A stretch of 64,000 nucleotides of DNA, from positions 10,556 through 74,555 of IMG/VR virus record IMGVR_UViG_3300046376_000226. The stretch is one strand, 5' to 3'. Shown here piece after piece: positions 56,021 to 64,000 of the stretch. The notes below the pieces were generated by a model that was given only the letters and a program-made list of their open reading frames with translations, did not search any database and was not told the origin of the DNA. The stretch is from a virus. Position 1 is the first letter of the stretch. Every line of letters starts with the position of its first letter. A program made the position numbers and the translations under genes.

Positions 56021-57262
56021 TTACATCGAGTAACCGCTGGCAGTGCCGGGGTAGCTCGGGCAAGTCAGGAAGTTGAACGTTGGGTTGCAACGCTTATAAA
56101 GGATCGGAATCACCGCATGCGGCCGTTCCGGGCGGTATGCACGGATCATCTGGTAAATATGGTATCCGTAGTCGCCATAGGTGTTACAGTCGTTATCGCG
56201 AATAACGGTAAATTCAAGCTCTCCTTGGGCGAATTGGGCTGGAAATTTCCAATCTCCGACTCCCAAATATTGCTCCGGAACCAGGCGCCGGAAGGAATTC
56301 GCGAACATGAGGAACCCCACCTCGTACTGGGCATAGAGCCAGGCCGGGTTAGTCCGGGCCCCGAAACCAGTCGTAACGGGAACTGCGATCTCGGGCTCAA
56401 TAAATTGAGGAATTAGTTGACCATTCAACACGGTGAACGTGTTAAAACGCAGTGGTTGCTGGTCGATACCGAAAGCGATCCCCCGGTAAGGTCCCTCCCA
56501 CGAGTACCCTGTTAAACTTTCATTACCAATCTCGTAACGGCCGGTCGTCAGGTATTGCAAATCCTGGTGAACATTCAGCTCGTCACGAAACACGTTGAGC
56601 TGGTTCTGGCTGCCGATGAATTTAGCGACGGTGCCCTTCTCGCTCTCGAAGCTCTCGCACAAGAGTGTCTCGTGAGCGAACACGAGCAAGTACTGGAGAA
56701 AGCTAAAGGTCAGGTTGGCGTCCGGCGGGGTCGAATCATTGACAGGCACATCGATCATCTGGACATCGCCATTGACCATCGCTTCGAACGTCCTCCCCTG
56801 ATTGATTTTGACTTTGAAGCCAGAGTGCAGGAACAGCTGGCTACGAACGTCGCAATTTGCCAGATAGAGGAGTTGCTTACTTAGGCTGTCTTGGACCGCG
56901 ACGTACGAATTCTGGAATGCCGATCGCATCTGTTTTACACAGACTTTTGGACCGCGACCGCGCAGAGTTCCTAGCCGGGTGATGTACTCAGTCGTCCCGA
57001 CTTGGGCAATTTGCCCGAAGGTGCCGCAGGAATCTGTGTCGTTGATGTACTCTGGGAGTACCAAGGACTGGCCCAGAATTGGGCGTTCAACGACCACATT
57101 GCGTTGTTGATCACTAATCGCATTTTCGAATACACCGCCATCCAAACAGTCATTATAAACGGCTCGACGCATGATGAGCGTCGTAATTTGACCGACTAGT
57201 CTGTTATTGTCCCGGTTGGCGAAATCTGTTGCCTGAACGGGAGTTACGATACAGTCACCGAT
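56021..57262 (-). CDS. Putative major capsid protein (probable start at ATC 57262; first ATG at 57172)
   Basis: About 410 aa; strong GAAAGGA RBS; follows portal and scaffold and precedes adaptor/nozzle; LRGRGPKVCVK, NPAWLYA.YE, RDNDCNTYGDYG. Confidence 0.7.
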   Translation of the reverse strand: MGDCIVTPVQATDFANRDNNRLVGQITTLIMRRAVYNDCLDGGVFENAISDQQRNVVVERPILGQSLVLPEYINDTDSCGTFGQIAQVGTTEYITRLGTLRGRGPKVCVKQMRSAFQNSYVAVQDSLSKQLLYLANCDVRSQLFLHSGFKVKINQGRTFEAMVNGDVQMIDVPVNDSTPPDANLTFSFLQYLLVFAHETLLCESFESEKGTVAKFIGSQNQLNVFRDELNVHQDLQYLTTGRYEIGNESLTGYSWEGPYRGIAFGIDQQPLRFNTFTVLNGQLIPQFIEPEIAVPVTTGFGARTNPAWLYAQYEVGFLMFANSFRRLVPEQYLGVGDWKFPAQFAQGELEFTVIRDNDCNTYGDYGYHIYQMIRAYRPERPHAVIPILYKRCNPTFNFLTCPSYPGTASGYSM

Positions 57263-57711
57263 ATTGCTTGTTTCCTTTCACCTGCGAAGAGCCCGCAGGC
57301 AGGGCATGAGTGTTCCGTTGGAGAGAGAGGGTTAGAACGAACACACCCGAAACAAGCCCCGGTGGCGGGCCTTGGTTTCCCATTCGGCAGGGGGAACCGG
57401 ATCTGCGATCCAAATCAAACTACAGGTGCGCCAAAAAGGCAAGAGCCTTTCGGCTTTGATGACATTTCACAACCCCATGTTGACGGCTAATCAATTGTTG
57501 AAGTGTCATCCAAAAACATGGCCTTTAAACGCGCTAGGATTGGATTTGGCGCGTCGGCAAAGCGAGCAGATGCTTTATATTAATGCGCAACGTAGCGCAT
57601 CCTGGGGCATTCTCGCGCGTTCTACGGGCATGCCGATTTGTTGACATGTATCACTATGCGCAACGTTGCGGTATCGGCGCGCCGCCGAAAATTCGGCTGA
57701 TTTCCAACGAC

Positions 57712-58470
57712 TTAGGTGGCCATTTTTGCCGGTATGCCGAAAATGAGGTTTCGGGCGTGGTTTCTGGCGTCCGGCGTTTTAATACCGTGAAAGAAGACAG
57801 GACGCTCCCCGTTCTTGGTCAGACTGGCTAGTTCCTCTTGGCTGATCCCGTGCCGGTTCCACTGCTGGCTGATCAGGTTCGAATCGACTGAGATCGGCAG
57901 GAATTTATCCCGGAACCAGTAATCCCAACCCACGGTACCCGGGCCGACAATCCAGGTCGAATGCTCATCGAAGAAACTGGTCCGGAAGACCGCGTTCCCG
58001 TTTAGATGGAGTCCGGTATCAGGCGGGGGATGACCTAAGTCATGCCAATGGCCAAAGGCTTCTTTACCCAGGGCGCATACCCGGTCCCATTCGGCGCTTA
58101 GCCGGTCCAGCCAATTGCGGGCCAATGGCACACAATCGGGCTCAAAAAGCAGGAAACCCGAGTTCTGGCACCAGCCTTCCCGTAAGAGGATAGTCATCTC
58201 GATAAAAGCGCTCGCCGCCAGCATATTGCAGCCACCCAGTTACGGCCAGCCGGTGTCATAGTTGCGCGCCTGCCTAGCGGCAACTCGGCCAAAATGACGA
58301 CCGGCTAGCTTTTCGAACTCCTTCTCAAGCCACGATGGGCAATCTTTTCGATAAATGAGGAAAAATTCAGTGTTCTCTCGACGCTTATGCTCGATCTCGC
58401 AGATCAACTGGACCAGCTCAATGGCTGCATCCATGTCAAGCGGACTGCACTGCAAGCACAAACTAATCAT
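57712..58470 (-). pseudogene. Glycosyltransferase-like gene split by an in-frame TAA (58240-58242)
   Basis: 58240-58470 and 57712-58224 are in the same frame: ...DTGWP*LGGCNMLAA...FEPDCVPL..WLDRL..HLNGNAVF..GWD..FHGIK. Confidence 0.55.
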
Positions 58471-58907
58471 TACCAGATTCTTTCCTTGATGATTGAGCGA
58501 ATGTGCAACCAGCTAAGCCCATATTCCTTTGCTAGCTTTTTATAGCCACGTTGGAATGGAATGTACCGTGCCCGGATTTCGTTGGCTCGTTCTGGCGTCA
58601 GTCGTGTATTGCCATTTTTGGCACGGCCCTTTAGTCCCATATCCTGATTATTGATAAGGACATCGCCCAGGAAGAGATGCCTTGGGTTGCAGCAAGCCGG
58701 ATTATCGCAGCTATGCAAGACCCACTGACCCTCTGGGATGGGTCCGAAAGTGAGGATCCAAGCCATCCTGTGGGCTCCTTCTAGTTTCTTGGCGCGCCAA
58801 GTACCGACCTGAAAAGCTCCGTAGCCCTTTGAGTCTTTCGCTGCCTGCCATTCCCAACAGTCATCGAGTCCCTCGATCGTCACCTTAGACCAGAATCTTT
58901 CCATCAT
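58470..58907 (-). CDS. HNH homing endonuclease
   Basis: ERFWSKV..DDCWEW..GYG, AHRMAW..GPIP..VLHSCDNPACCNPRHLFLG, C-terminal HTH. Confidence 0.93.
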   Translation of the reverse strand: MMERFWSKVTIEGLDDCWEWQAAKDSKGYGAFQVGTWRAKKLEGAHRMAWILTFGPIPEGQWVLHSCDNPACCNPRHLFLGDVLINNQDMGLKGRAKNGNTRLTPERANEIRARYIPFQRGYKKLAKEYGLSWLHIRSIIKERIW

Positions 58908-59674
58908 CTGCCTAGCAGTTTATCGAGCTGGGCTTGTGTCTCCAGGCTCCACTGAGTCCAGGAATGATATTGATGCACCGGCCATTCCTGTTTACTGACC
59001 GGTTGAAAGTGGTAGCGCTCCGGCTCATGAAGCTGAGCGTAAAAGCCGAGCACATTGTGTTCGCACATCTTGAAGGGATGTTGCACAAAGGTCTCGGGCT
59101 TAAAAGGGGCATCGGAGTAAAGGGCTTCCAGGAACCCGATCCTTGTCTTGTTGGTGACTAGGCGGCGCACGGCCCGGATGGTATCGGTCCAGTAAATAAA
59201 AGGAAACCGGCTCATATAATCGGCCTGGGGGCGTTCGCCCAACCAATGCTCCATGATCGGAAACCAGAGGTTGGCGGCCAGGGTCCGGCCAGGGTTTTTA
59301 ACCATGTCCTCCAGGGGCTCGTAACAAAGGATCGGTTTACCCTCTACCATCTTGTCGCTGGCGCGCATGGGCTCGAGCAGCATGCAATCCGAATCCATAA
59401 CACAGATTAGATCCGCATCTGAGAAATGGTCGGCCAGGAACGTCAAGTAGACCTGGAACTGGTTCCCGTCCGGCCAGGGAGCAACGTAATAGTATTTTAC
59501 CCGTTCGCTGAAACCCCAGTCTTTAATGACCGGGTAACAATTGTTGTCGGCTAAGACAATGATGTTTGAGTTCGGCTCAACCCAATTCTTCTCCAGGAAA
59601 TGCAAGGCGTAAGAACAAAACGCCAGATCGTTCCACCAAGTCTTTAAGAGTATGTCGGTGCGCGGTGATGTCAT
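58904..59674 (-). CDS. GT-A-fold glycosyltransferase-like protein
   Basis: ADHFSDADLICVMDSDC (DxD motif); EHNVLG; HQYHSW. Confidence 0.7.
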   Translation of the reverse strand: MTSPRTDILLKTWWNDLAFCSYALHFLEKNWVEPNSNIIVLADNNCYPVIKDWGFSERVKYYYVAPWPDGNQFQVYLTFLADHFSDADLICVMDSDCMLLEPMRASDKMVEGKPILCYEPLEDMVKNPGRTLAANLWFPIMEHWLGERPQADYMSRFPFIYWTDTIRAVRRLVTNKTRIGFLEALYSDAPFKPETFVQHPFKMCEHNVLGFYAQLHEPERYHFQPVSKQEWPVHQYHSWTQWSLETQAQLDKLLGR

Positions 59675-60423
59675 TTTGATATCAGGAGTGCATCACATTG
59701 GGCTATGTCGCCATTAGCTTGGACCCCGTTCCCGTCCCAGCCACTTCCGGGCGGATAAAATTCCTGGACCTGGTAATGGAGTTCATCCTCTAAGACATGG
59801 CGCAGTTCTCGAGTAGAAGAATTCTGACGCTCCAGGGCGGTCGGGTTAATCTCGATCCAGATTGTCGGCCGGTCACGAAGGATGGTCTCAGTCGCCCCGC
59901 GTAGCGCCCTCACTTCGCTTCCCTCGATATCGATCTTCATGAGTGAGACCGGTCCGGCCAGGGAGGTGTTATCAATGACGACCTGGCGATGTCGGCTCAT
60001 TGGCCATTGGCGAGCCGGATCGATCAGCCGCGAGCCCGCCACCACATCTGGCTCATGGAAAAGCCAGACCTCGTCTTCAATCTCGCCCACGGCATAAGGC
60101 AGACACAATGCTCTGTGACAGTTGCGCCGGAGGCATTCATACTGGGTCGGGTGCGGTTCATAAGCGACTACGGTCCCGCGTGGCCCGACTGCGTTTAGAT
60201 AAAAGATGGTGTGATCCCCGATCGCTGCCCCTAGATCGTACACGAGCGAGCCTTCCTTGATATAAGGCAGGAGCTTTTGCAAGACCGGCTGATCATGGTC
60301 CAGGCGTTTAGCCTGTTCAACCCAGCGGGACAGATGGCTGTCATGCTTTAAGACCCACCAGCCTTCCGGGGTCCGCATGACGTCTTCTTCGCGGAAAAGC
60401 ATGCTTTCTGGATTCACAATCAT
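59671..60423 (-). CDS. FkbM-family SAM-dependent methyltransferase
   Basis: VYDLGAAIGDHT, VVAYEPHP, LMKIDIEGSEVRALRGA, RPTIWIE; start taken at the ATG overlapping the upstream stop. Confidence 0.9.
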   Translation of the reverse strand: MIVNPESMLFREEDVMRTPEGWWVLKHDSHLSRWVEQAKRLDHDQPVLQKLLPYIKEGSLVYDLGAAIGDHTIFYLNAVGPRGTVVAYEPHPTQYECLRRNCHRALCLPYAVGEIEDEVWLFHEPDVVAGSRLIDPARQWPMSRHRQVVIDNTSLAGPVSLMKIDIEGSEVRALRGATETILRDRPTIWIEINPTALERQNSSTRELRHVLEDELHYQVQEFYPPGSGWDGNGVQANGDIAQCDALLISK

Positions 60424-61859
60424 ATAGCTGCGATCTGCTGGGTATGGTCGGGCATAAAGGCCATATTGCCGACATGCCCGCACACTAGCTCCGTATCAAG
60501 GTTTATGGGGATGTTGCACGCTTTGACCCGTTTACAGAAGGCTTCGTCCTCGCCCTCGTCGCCCTCGGGCTGGAAAAAGCGCCAGGGCAAATGTTCAGCC
60601 TGGGGAGCGAGATCAGGGAACCGGCGCTGAAGTTCCAGGAACACTTCCCGGTGGACCAGGGCGCAACCAAACCCGATCCAGTCCACGTCATAAAGCCCGT
60701 GCGCTGTCCCGCGCCGGATCTCGTTACACAGGAGTTTATCCTGGTGGCTCCGGGGGCGGATCTCGGGCTGGATTACCAGTTGCCCCTTGTACCTACGGCT
60801 GGCGTATACCCCGCCCACTACGGCTTTACCGTGGCCGGTCAGGCGTGAGAGCACATCATAGCGGCATTGTTCCTCAGTCAGTACCGAGCCGCCGGTCACC
60901 CATTTAAACCATTCGCCGTTAGCGATCGGCACCACCATATCCGCGTCTATCCACAGGCTCCAGGTCGCGCTAGAAGCTAGAAAACGTTTTGCTAAGGAGT
61001 TGCGACTGCGGTGGATCACCGTGTCGCAGTGGACGTCAAAGCCCAGCTCGTACTTTTTGGCCAGGTACACCATTGCCCACATGAACGGCAGGGTTGGCTG
61101 GCCCAGGATCGGGGAACAGACTACGACACTGGTTTTACCTCGGTTAGGTAAGCTTTGGGTGCCGTTACCCCCGTCATGGAGCGCGAAATGGGGCTCCAGT
61201 TCTTCAGCGATGGTTTCTGCTACCCCAGGGCGTTTAGCCAGGAATTTTAGTACTGCCTGGAGCGGGATCGCGGCCGGGTTTCTCATCCAGTTTTTAAGCG
61301 TAGCCGGACTACGATCATAAAACTTCTGGCAGGCTTCGCTATCCTCCCCACCCAGCTCCCACATGTGATCTAAGAGCGCCTGGGCTAGATCCAGCTTTTT
61401 GGGCTTAGGCTTAGGGGGCGGCGCGGTTTCAGTCGGTGGAGTTGTCACACCGGAGGGGGGACTTAACGGACTCGAGGTTAAGGGGTTAGAGACCGTGGTA
61501 CTGATTTTTGGCGGCGCGCCTGTCACTGGTTGTGTCAGCGGCGTCTGCTCAATAAAGGTGCCGATCGAAGTCCGGTTAGTGGCCTGAGGCGGCATCACGG
61601 CCATAGATGGCTCTGGCGGCCCGCCGGTGACCTTAGGCGGCACGATCGCTATTGAGGGCGCCGGTTGACCCCGGCCGACAATTTGCTGGATTATGACGCC
61701 CTCAGGCACTTCCTGGCCTTTGGGTATCTGGCCCTGGCCACCGGTTGGAGGCGCGATCCCCATCCCAGGGGCATATAATTCGGCTTCTTTGGGCGGGGGC
61801 GGTACCGGGCCTTTGCCGCCGTACCGGGCCTCTAAAGCTGCGGCATCTGTTGTAATCAT
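60420..61859 (-). CDS. GT2-like glycosyltransferase domain with Pro-rich N-terminus
   Basis: IHRSRNSLAKRFL..WSLWIDADM, VVGGVY, WIGFGCALVHREVF, GEDEAFCKR, DTELVCGHVG. Confidence 0.85.
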   Translation of the reverse strand: MITTDAAALEARYGGKGPVPPPPKEAELYAPGMGIAPPTGGQGQIPKGQEVPEGVIIQQIVGRGQPAPSIAIVPPKVTGGPPEPSMAVMPPQATNRTSIGTFIEQTPLTQPVTGAPPKISTTVSNPLTSSPLSPPSGVTTPPTETAPPPKPKPKKLDLAQALLDHMWELGGEDSEACQKFYDRSPATLKNWMRNPAAIPLQAVLKFLAKRPGVAETIAEELEPHFALHDGGNGTQSLPNRGKTSVVVCSPILGQPTLPFMWAMVYLAKKYELGFDVHCDTVIHRSRNSLAKRFLASSATWSLWIDADMVVPIANGEWFKWVTGGSVLTEEQCRYDVLSRLTGHGKAVVGGVYASRRYKGQLVIQPEIRPRSHQDKLLCNEIRRGTAHGLYDVDWIGFGCALVHREVFLELQRRFPDLAPQAEHLPWRFFQPEGDEGEDEAFCKRVKACNIPINLDTELVCGHVGNMAFMPDHTQQIAAI

Positions 61860-63190
61860 GTGTCTCCCCAGTCGTAGTCATTCATTGCTTTGCGGACATC
61901 CAGATCGTGAATCGAAAGGCCGGTGCCATTTTTCTTGCTTCCGGCAGCTGGCGCAGGCGGGGTGCCGCTGGTCTGGCTGATCTTACGCCGAGCTCCGGCG
62001 ATCTTATCCAGTTCTGCTTTAAATTGGTCGCGCTCGGCTTTGACGCTCTTTAGTTCATTTTGCATCTCTTTATACTGGCCATCTAAGAGCGCTGCCCGGG
62101 TGGCTTCCACGCTCGCGCGTACCCAGGCGCGGGGACCGTTCTTACTCAGGTCTTGCATGGTCTGGACGAAAAAGCCGTTCAAGGTTTTAAAGCGCTCGTT
62201 ATGAGCCTCGATCGCTGCGCGCTCGTCAGCGGTCTTAGCTTTCTCGACATCGAGAGGCAACACTTCCTGGATCCGTTTTTCCTGCTCCCCGATTTCAGCC
62301 ATTATCTCTTCCTGGACACGTTGCGCCGTGTGCGTGGTCTTTTCCTGGATCCAATTGTCAAACGCGCTCTTGTCGCCGGTTGCCCGGGTGATCTCGTTAT
62401 CCCGATCTTTCTGAAGCTTTAGCAGTTCGGTCACGCTGCCCAGAAGCGCTTGCCGGTCCAGGGGATCAGGCACCTTCTCGATGACCGAGTGGAGCCACCA
62501 TTGCCGGTCTAGCTGTTCAGGCTGGTAGTTCTGGGCGATATGCTGGGCCCAGGCTTGAGCTGCGCCCCGGTCAGGCAAGGCATTAACCGCTTCGGCTAAG
62601 ACTTGTTCGTACCGGCTCCGGATGGGCGCATGATATTTCTGGATAAATTCCGGGTCACTGACGTAATCGAATTTGCGTCGGATCGCGGCGGCATGTTCGT
62701 AATCGGCTTTAAGCTCCGGGGTTAACGAGTTGCGCTTTGCCTCCTCGAGGTCAGCCGCTAATTTGTTAGCCCGCTCAGCCTCGGTTTTAGCCCTGGCCCG
62801 GTCGACTTTCCACAGCTCCTTAAAATTCTTGAAGTTGTCGAGCACCTCCTGCTTTTGCCCCGGCGGCAACTGCATCCGCTCGATCTCGTCGTCGGTGACC
62901 TCGCGTGCAGGCGGTTTACTTGGCGGTTCAAGCGGTTTACTTAGCGGTTCGACCGGTTTAATTGGCGGTTCAACCGGCTTAGGCGCAGGCTCGGTCTTGG
63001 TCTCCTGGGCCGCGCCCTTTGGCTCTGCTTCAGTTGGGGCCTCTGGCGCGTCGCTACTGGGTTTAGCGTCTTCTTTTTCCCAGAAGTCAGCGAACTGGGC
63101 GTTTAGATCGCTGATCGATTCCTTGCTCGCGCCCGTGTCGACCGTGACGGTTTCAGGGGACTCGGTTGAGATCGGGGGGTTATCGGCCAT
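61856..63190 (-). CDS. Putative capsid scaffolding protein
   Basis: Acidic Pro/Glu-rich N-terminus, long coiled coil; between portal and capsid. Confidence 0.6.
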   Translation of the reverse strand: MADNPPISTESPETVTVDTGASKESISDLNAQFADFWEKEDAKPSSDAPEAPTEAEPKGAAQETKTEPAPKPVEPPIKPVEPLSKPLEPPSKPPAREVTDDEIERMQLPPGQKQEVLDNFKNFKELWKVDRARAKTEAERANKLAADLEEAKRNSLTPELKADYEHAAAIRRKFDYVSDPEFIQKYHAPIRSRYEQVLAEAVNALPDRGAAQAWAQHIAQNYQPEQLDRQWWLHSVIEKVPDPLDRQALLGSVTELLKLQKDRDNEITRATGDKSAFDNWIQEKTTHTAQRVQEEIMAEIGEQEKRIQEVLPLDVEKAKTADERAAIEAHNERFKTLNGFFVQTMQDLSKNGPRAWVRASVEATRAALLDGQYKEMQNELKSVKAERDQFKAELDKIAGARRKISQTSGTPPAPAAGSKKNGTGLSIHDLDVRKAMNDYDWGDT

Positions 63191-63196
63191 AAGACT

Positions 63197-63457
63197 CTAG
63201 TCTTTCGTTGGATCGATAGGCTTCATACTAGCGCTCTCCGGGGTTGCAGCTACCCGAGTCTGGGCGATCTCGGCAAAGAAGGATTCGTATCCGGCAGCGT
63301 ACACGCCAGTGAGCGCCGCTCGCTCGGTATTAAGCATATCGATGCGCGGTTTACGGGTTAAAAGCACCCCCAGCCATTTACGGCCCAGAGGCGAATTTAG
63401 AAACTCGTTTACGCCTGCTGCCTCCCCGGCGCTCCATGAAAGTCCTGGAGGCGTCAT
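63197..63457 (-). CDS. Small head-module protein
   Basis: FLNSPLGRKWL motif, typical of the small gene after podophage portals. Confidence 0.6.
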   Translation of the reverse strand: MTPPGLSWSAGEAAGVNEFLNSPLGRKWLGVLLTRKPRIDMLNTERAALTGVYAAGYESFFAEIAQTRVAATPESASMKPIDPTKD

Positions 63458-64000
63458 GGGCCTGCTCCCGCTCCTACCGGCATTTGGCTACCATTGGCGC
63501 CACCACCGCCGAGTCCCGGCATCCCGTGGCCCAGGGGGATACCCATTGGGCCTGAGACGCCCGGAGGCGGCGGACCCCCACCCCCTGGACCACCCCCGGC
63601 CGCCATCCCGGCTAGCCCCGCGTTTTGTTGTCCCATCATCTGGGCTTGCGCGGCCTGCATCTCGGCCTGGGTAATCTTTTGCACCAGTTCGTTTAGCATT
63701 TTTTCTAGATCTTTTATCTGCAAGATCTGGGGCTTGAGCTGTCTTTGGTTTGCGCCTTGTTGCAGTAGCGCTTGTAAGTGGGCTTCGCAATGGGTTGCTC
63801 CCAGTTTACATGCCTGGAGTAAATCTTTGGGCACCTGGATAGGCGGCATCTGGCTCGCGATTTTGAGGTGATCGGCTACTGCCGGAACCAGGGTCTGAAA
63901 ATGCTGCATATGCGGATCGCGCTGAGAAACTTGTACACCAATCCCGCCTAACATCGTGGTCCACTCGAGTTGTTGGCTGCGTTGGGCCTCAATATCACTG
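63454..64000 (-). CDS. C-terminus of a putative portal protein (start outside the window)
   Basis: Open to the window edge; RDPHMQH motif and Gln/Pro/Gly-rich tail; position upstream of the scaffold. Confidence 0.55.
   Translation of the reverse strand, partial: SDIEAQRSQQLEWTTMLGGIGVQVSQRDPHMQHFQTLVPAVADHLKIASQMPPIQVPKDLLQACKLGATHCEAHLQALLQQGANQRQLKPQILQIKDLEKMLNELVQKITQAEMQAAQAQMMGQQNAGLAGMAAGGGPGGGGPPPPGVSGPMGIPLGHGMPGLGGGGANGSQMPVGAGAGP

Noticed and set aside
1-64000. Alternative genetic code (stop-codon reassignment)
   Set aside because: Long genes read through in the standard code and all three stops end genes; only one in-frame TAA anomaly was found

Overview
The window is a 64-kb stretch of a tailed dsDNA phage genome, GC-rich, with a podovirus-like layout. 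Almost all genes are on the minus strand. Layout, left to right: (i) replication/recombination genes (SF2 helicase, tRNA-Trp, Bet-type recombinase, HNH); (ii) a TIGR-Tas-like RNA-guided locus, i.e. a nuclease-less Nop/IS110-like protein (TasA type, 6590-7405) directly downstream of about 60 36-nt dual-repeat, dual-spacer units (7404-9615), plus an inverted orphan mini-array at about 4501-4610; (iii) an early region of many small ORFs with six near-identical sigma70-like promoters and a PAPS-reductase-family gene; (iv) a strand-switch region with a small-terminase-like HTH gene and an HNH, then many small accessory ORFs, KTSC and a secreted beta-helix protein; (v) a virion module (GH-like tail protein, collagen/collar fibre, very large ejection proteins, tail tube proteins, major capsid, scaffold, portal end). 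The virion module holds two unexpected post-translational-modification cassettes: a YcaO-TfuA (thioamidation-type) pair among the ejection-protein genes, and a glycosyltransferase/FkbM-methyltransferase cluster next to the capsid gene. All calls come from reading motifs by eye; no database search was run.
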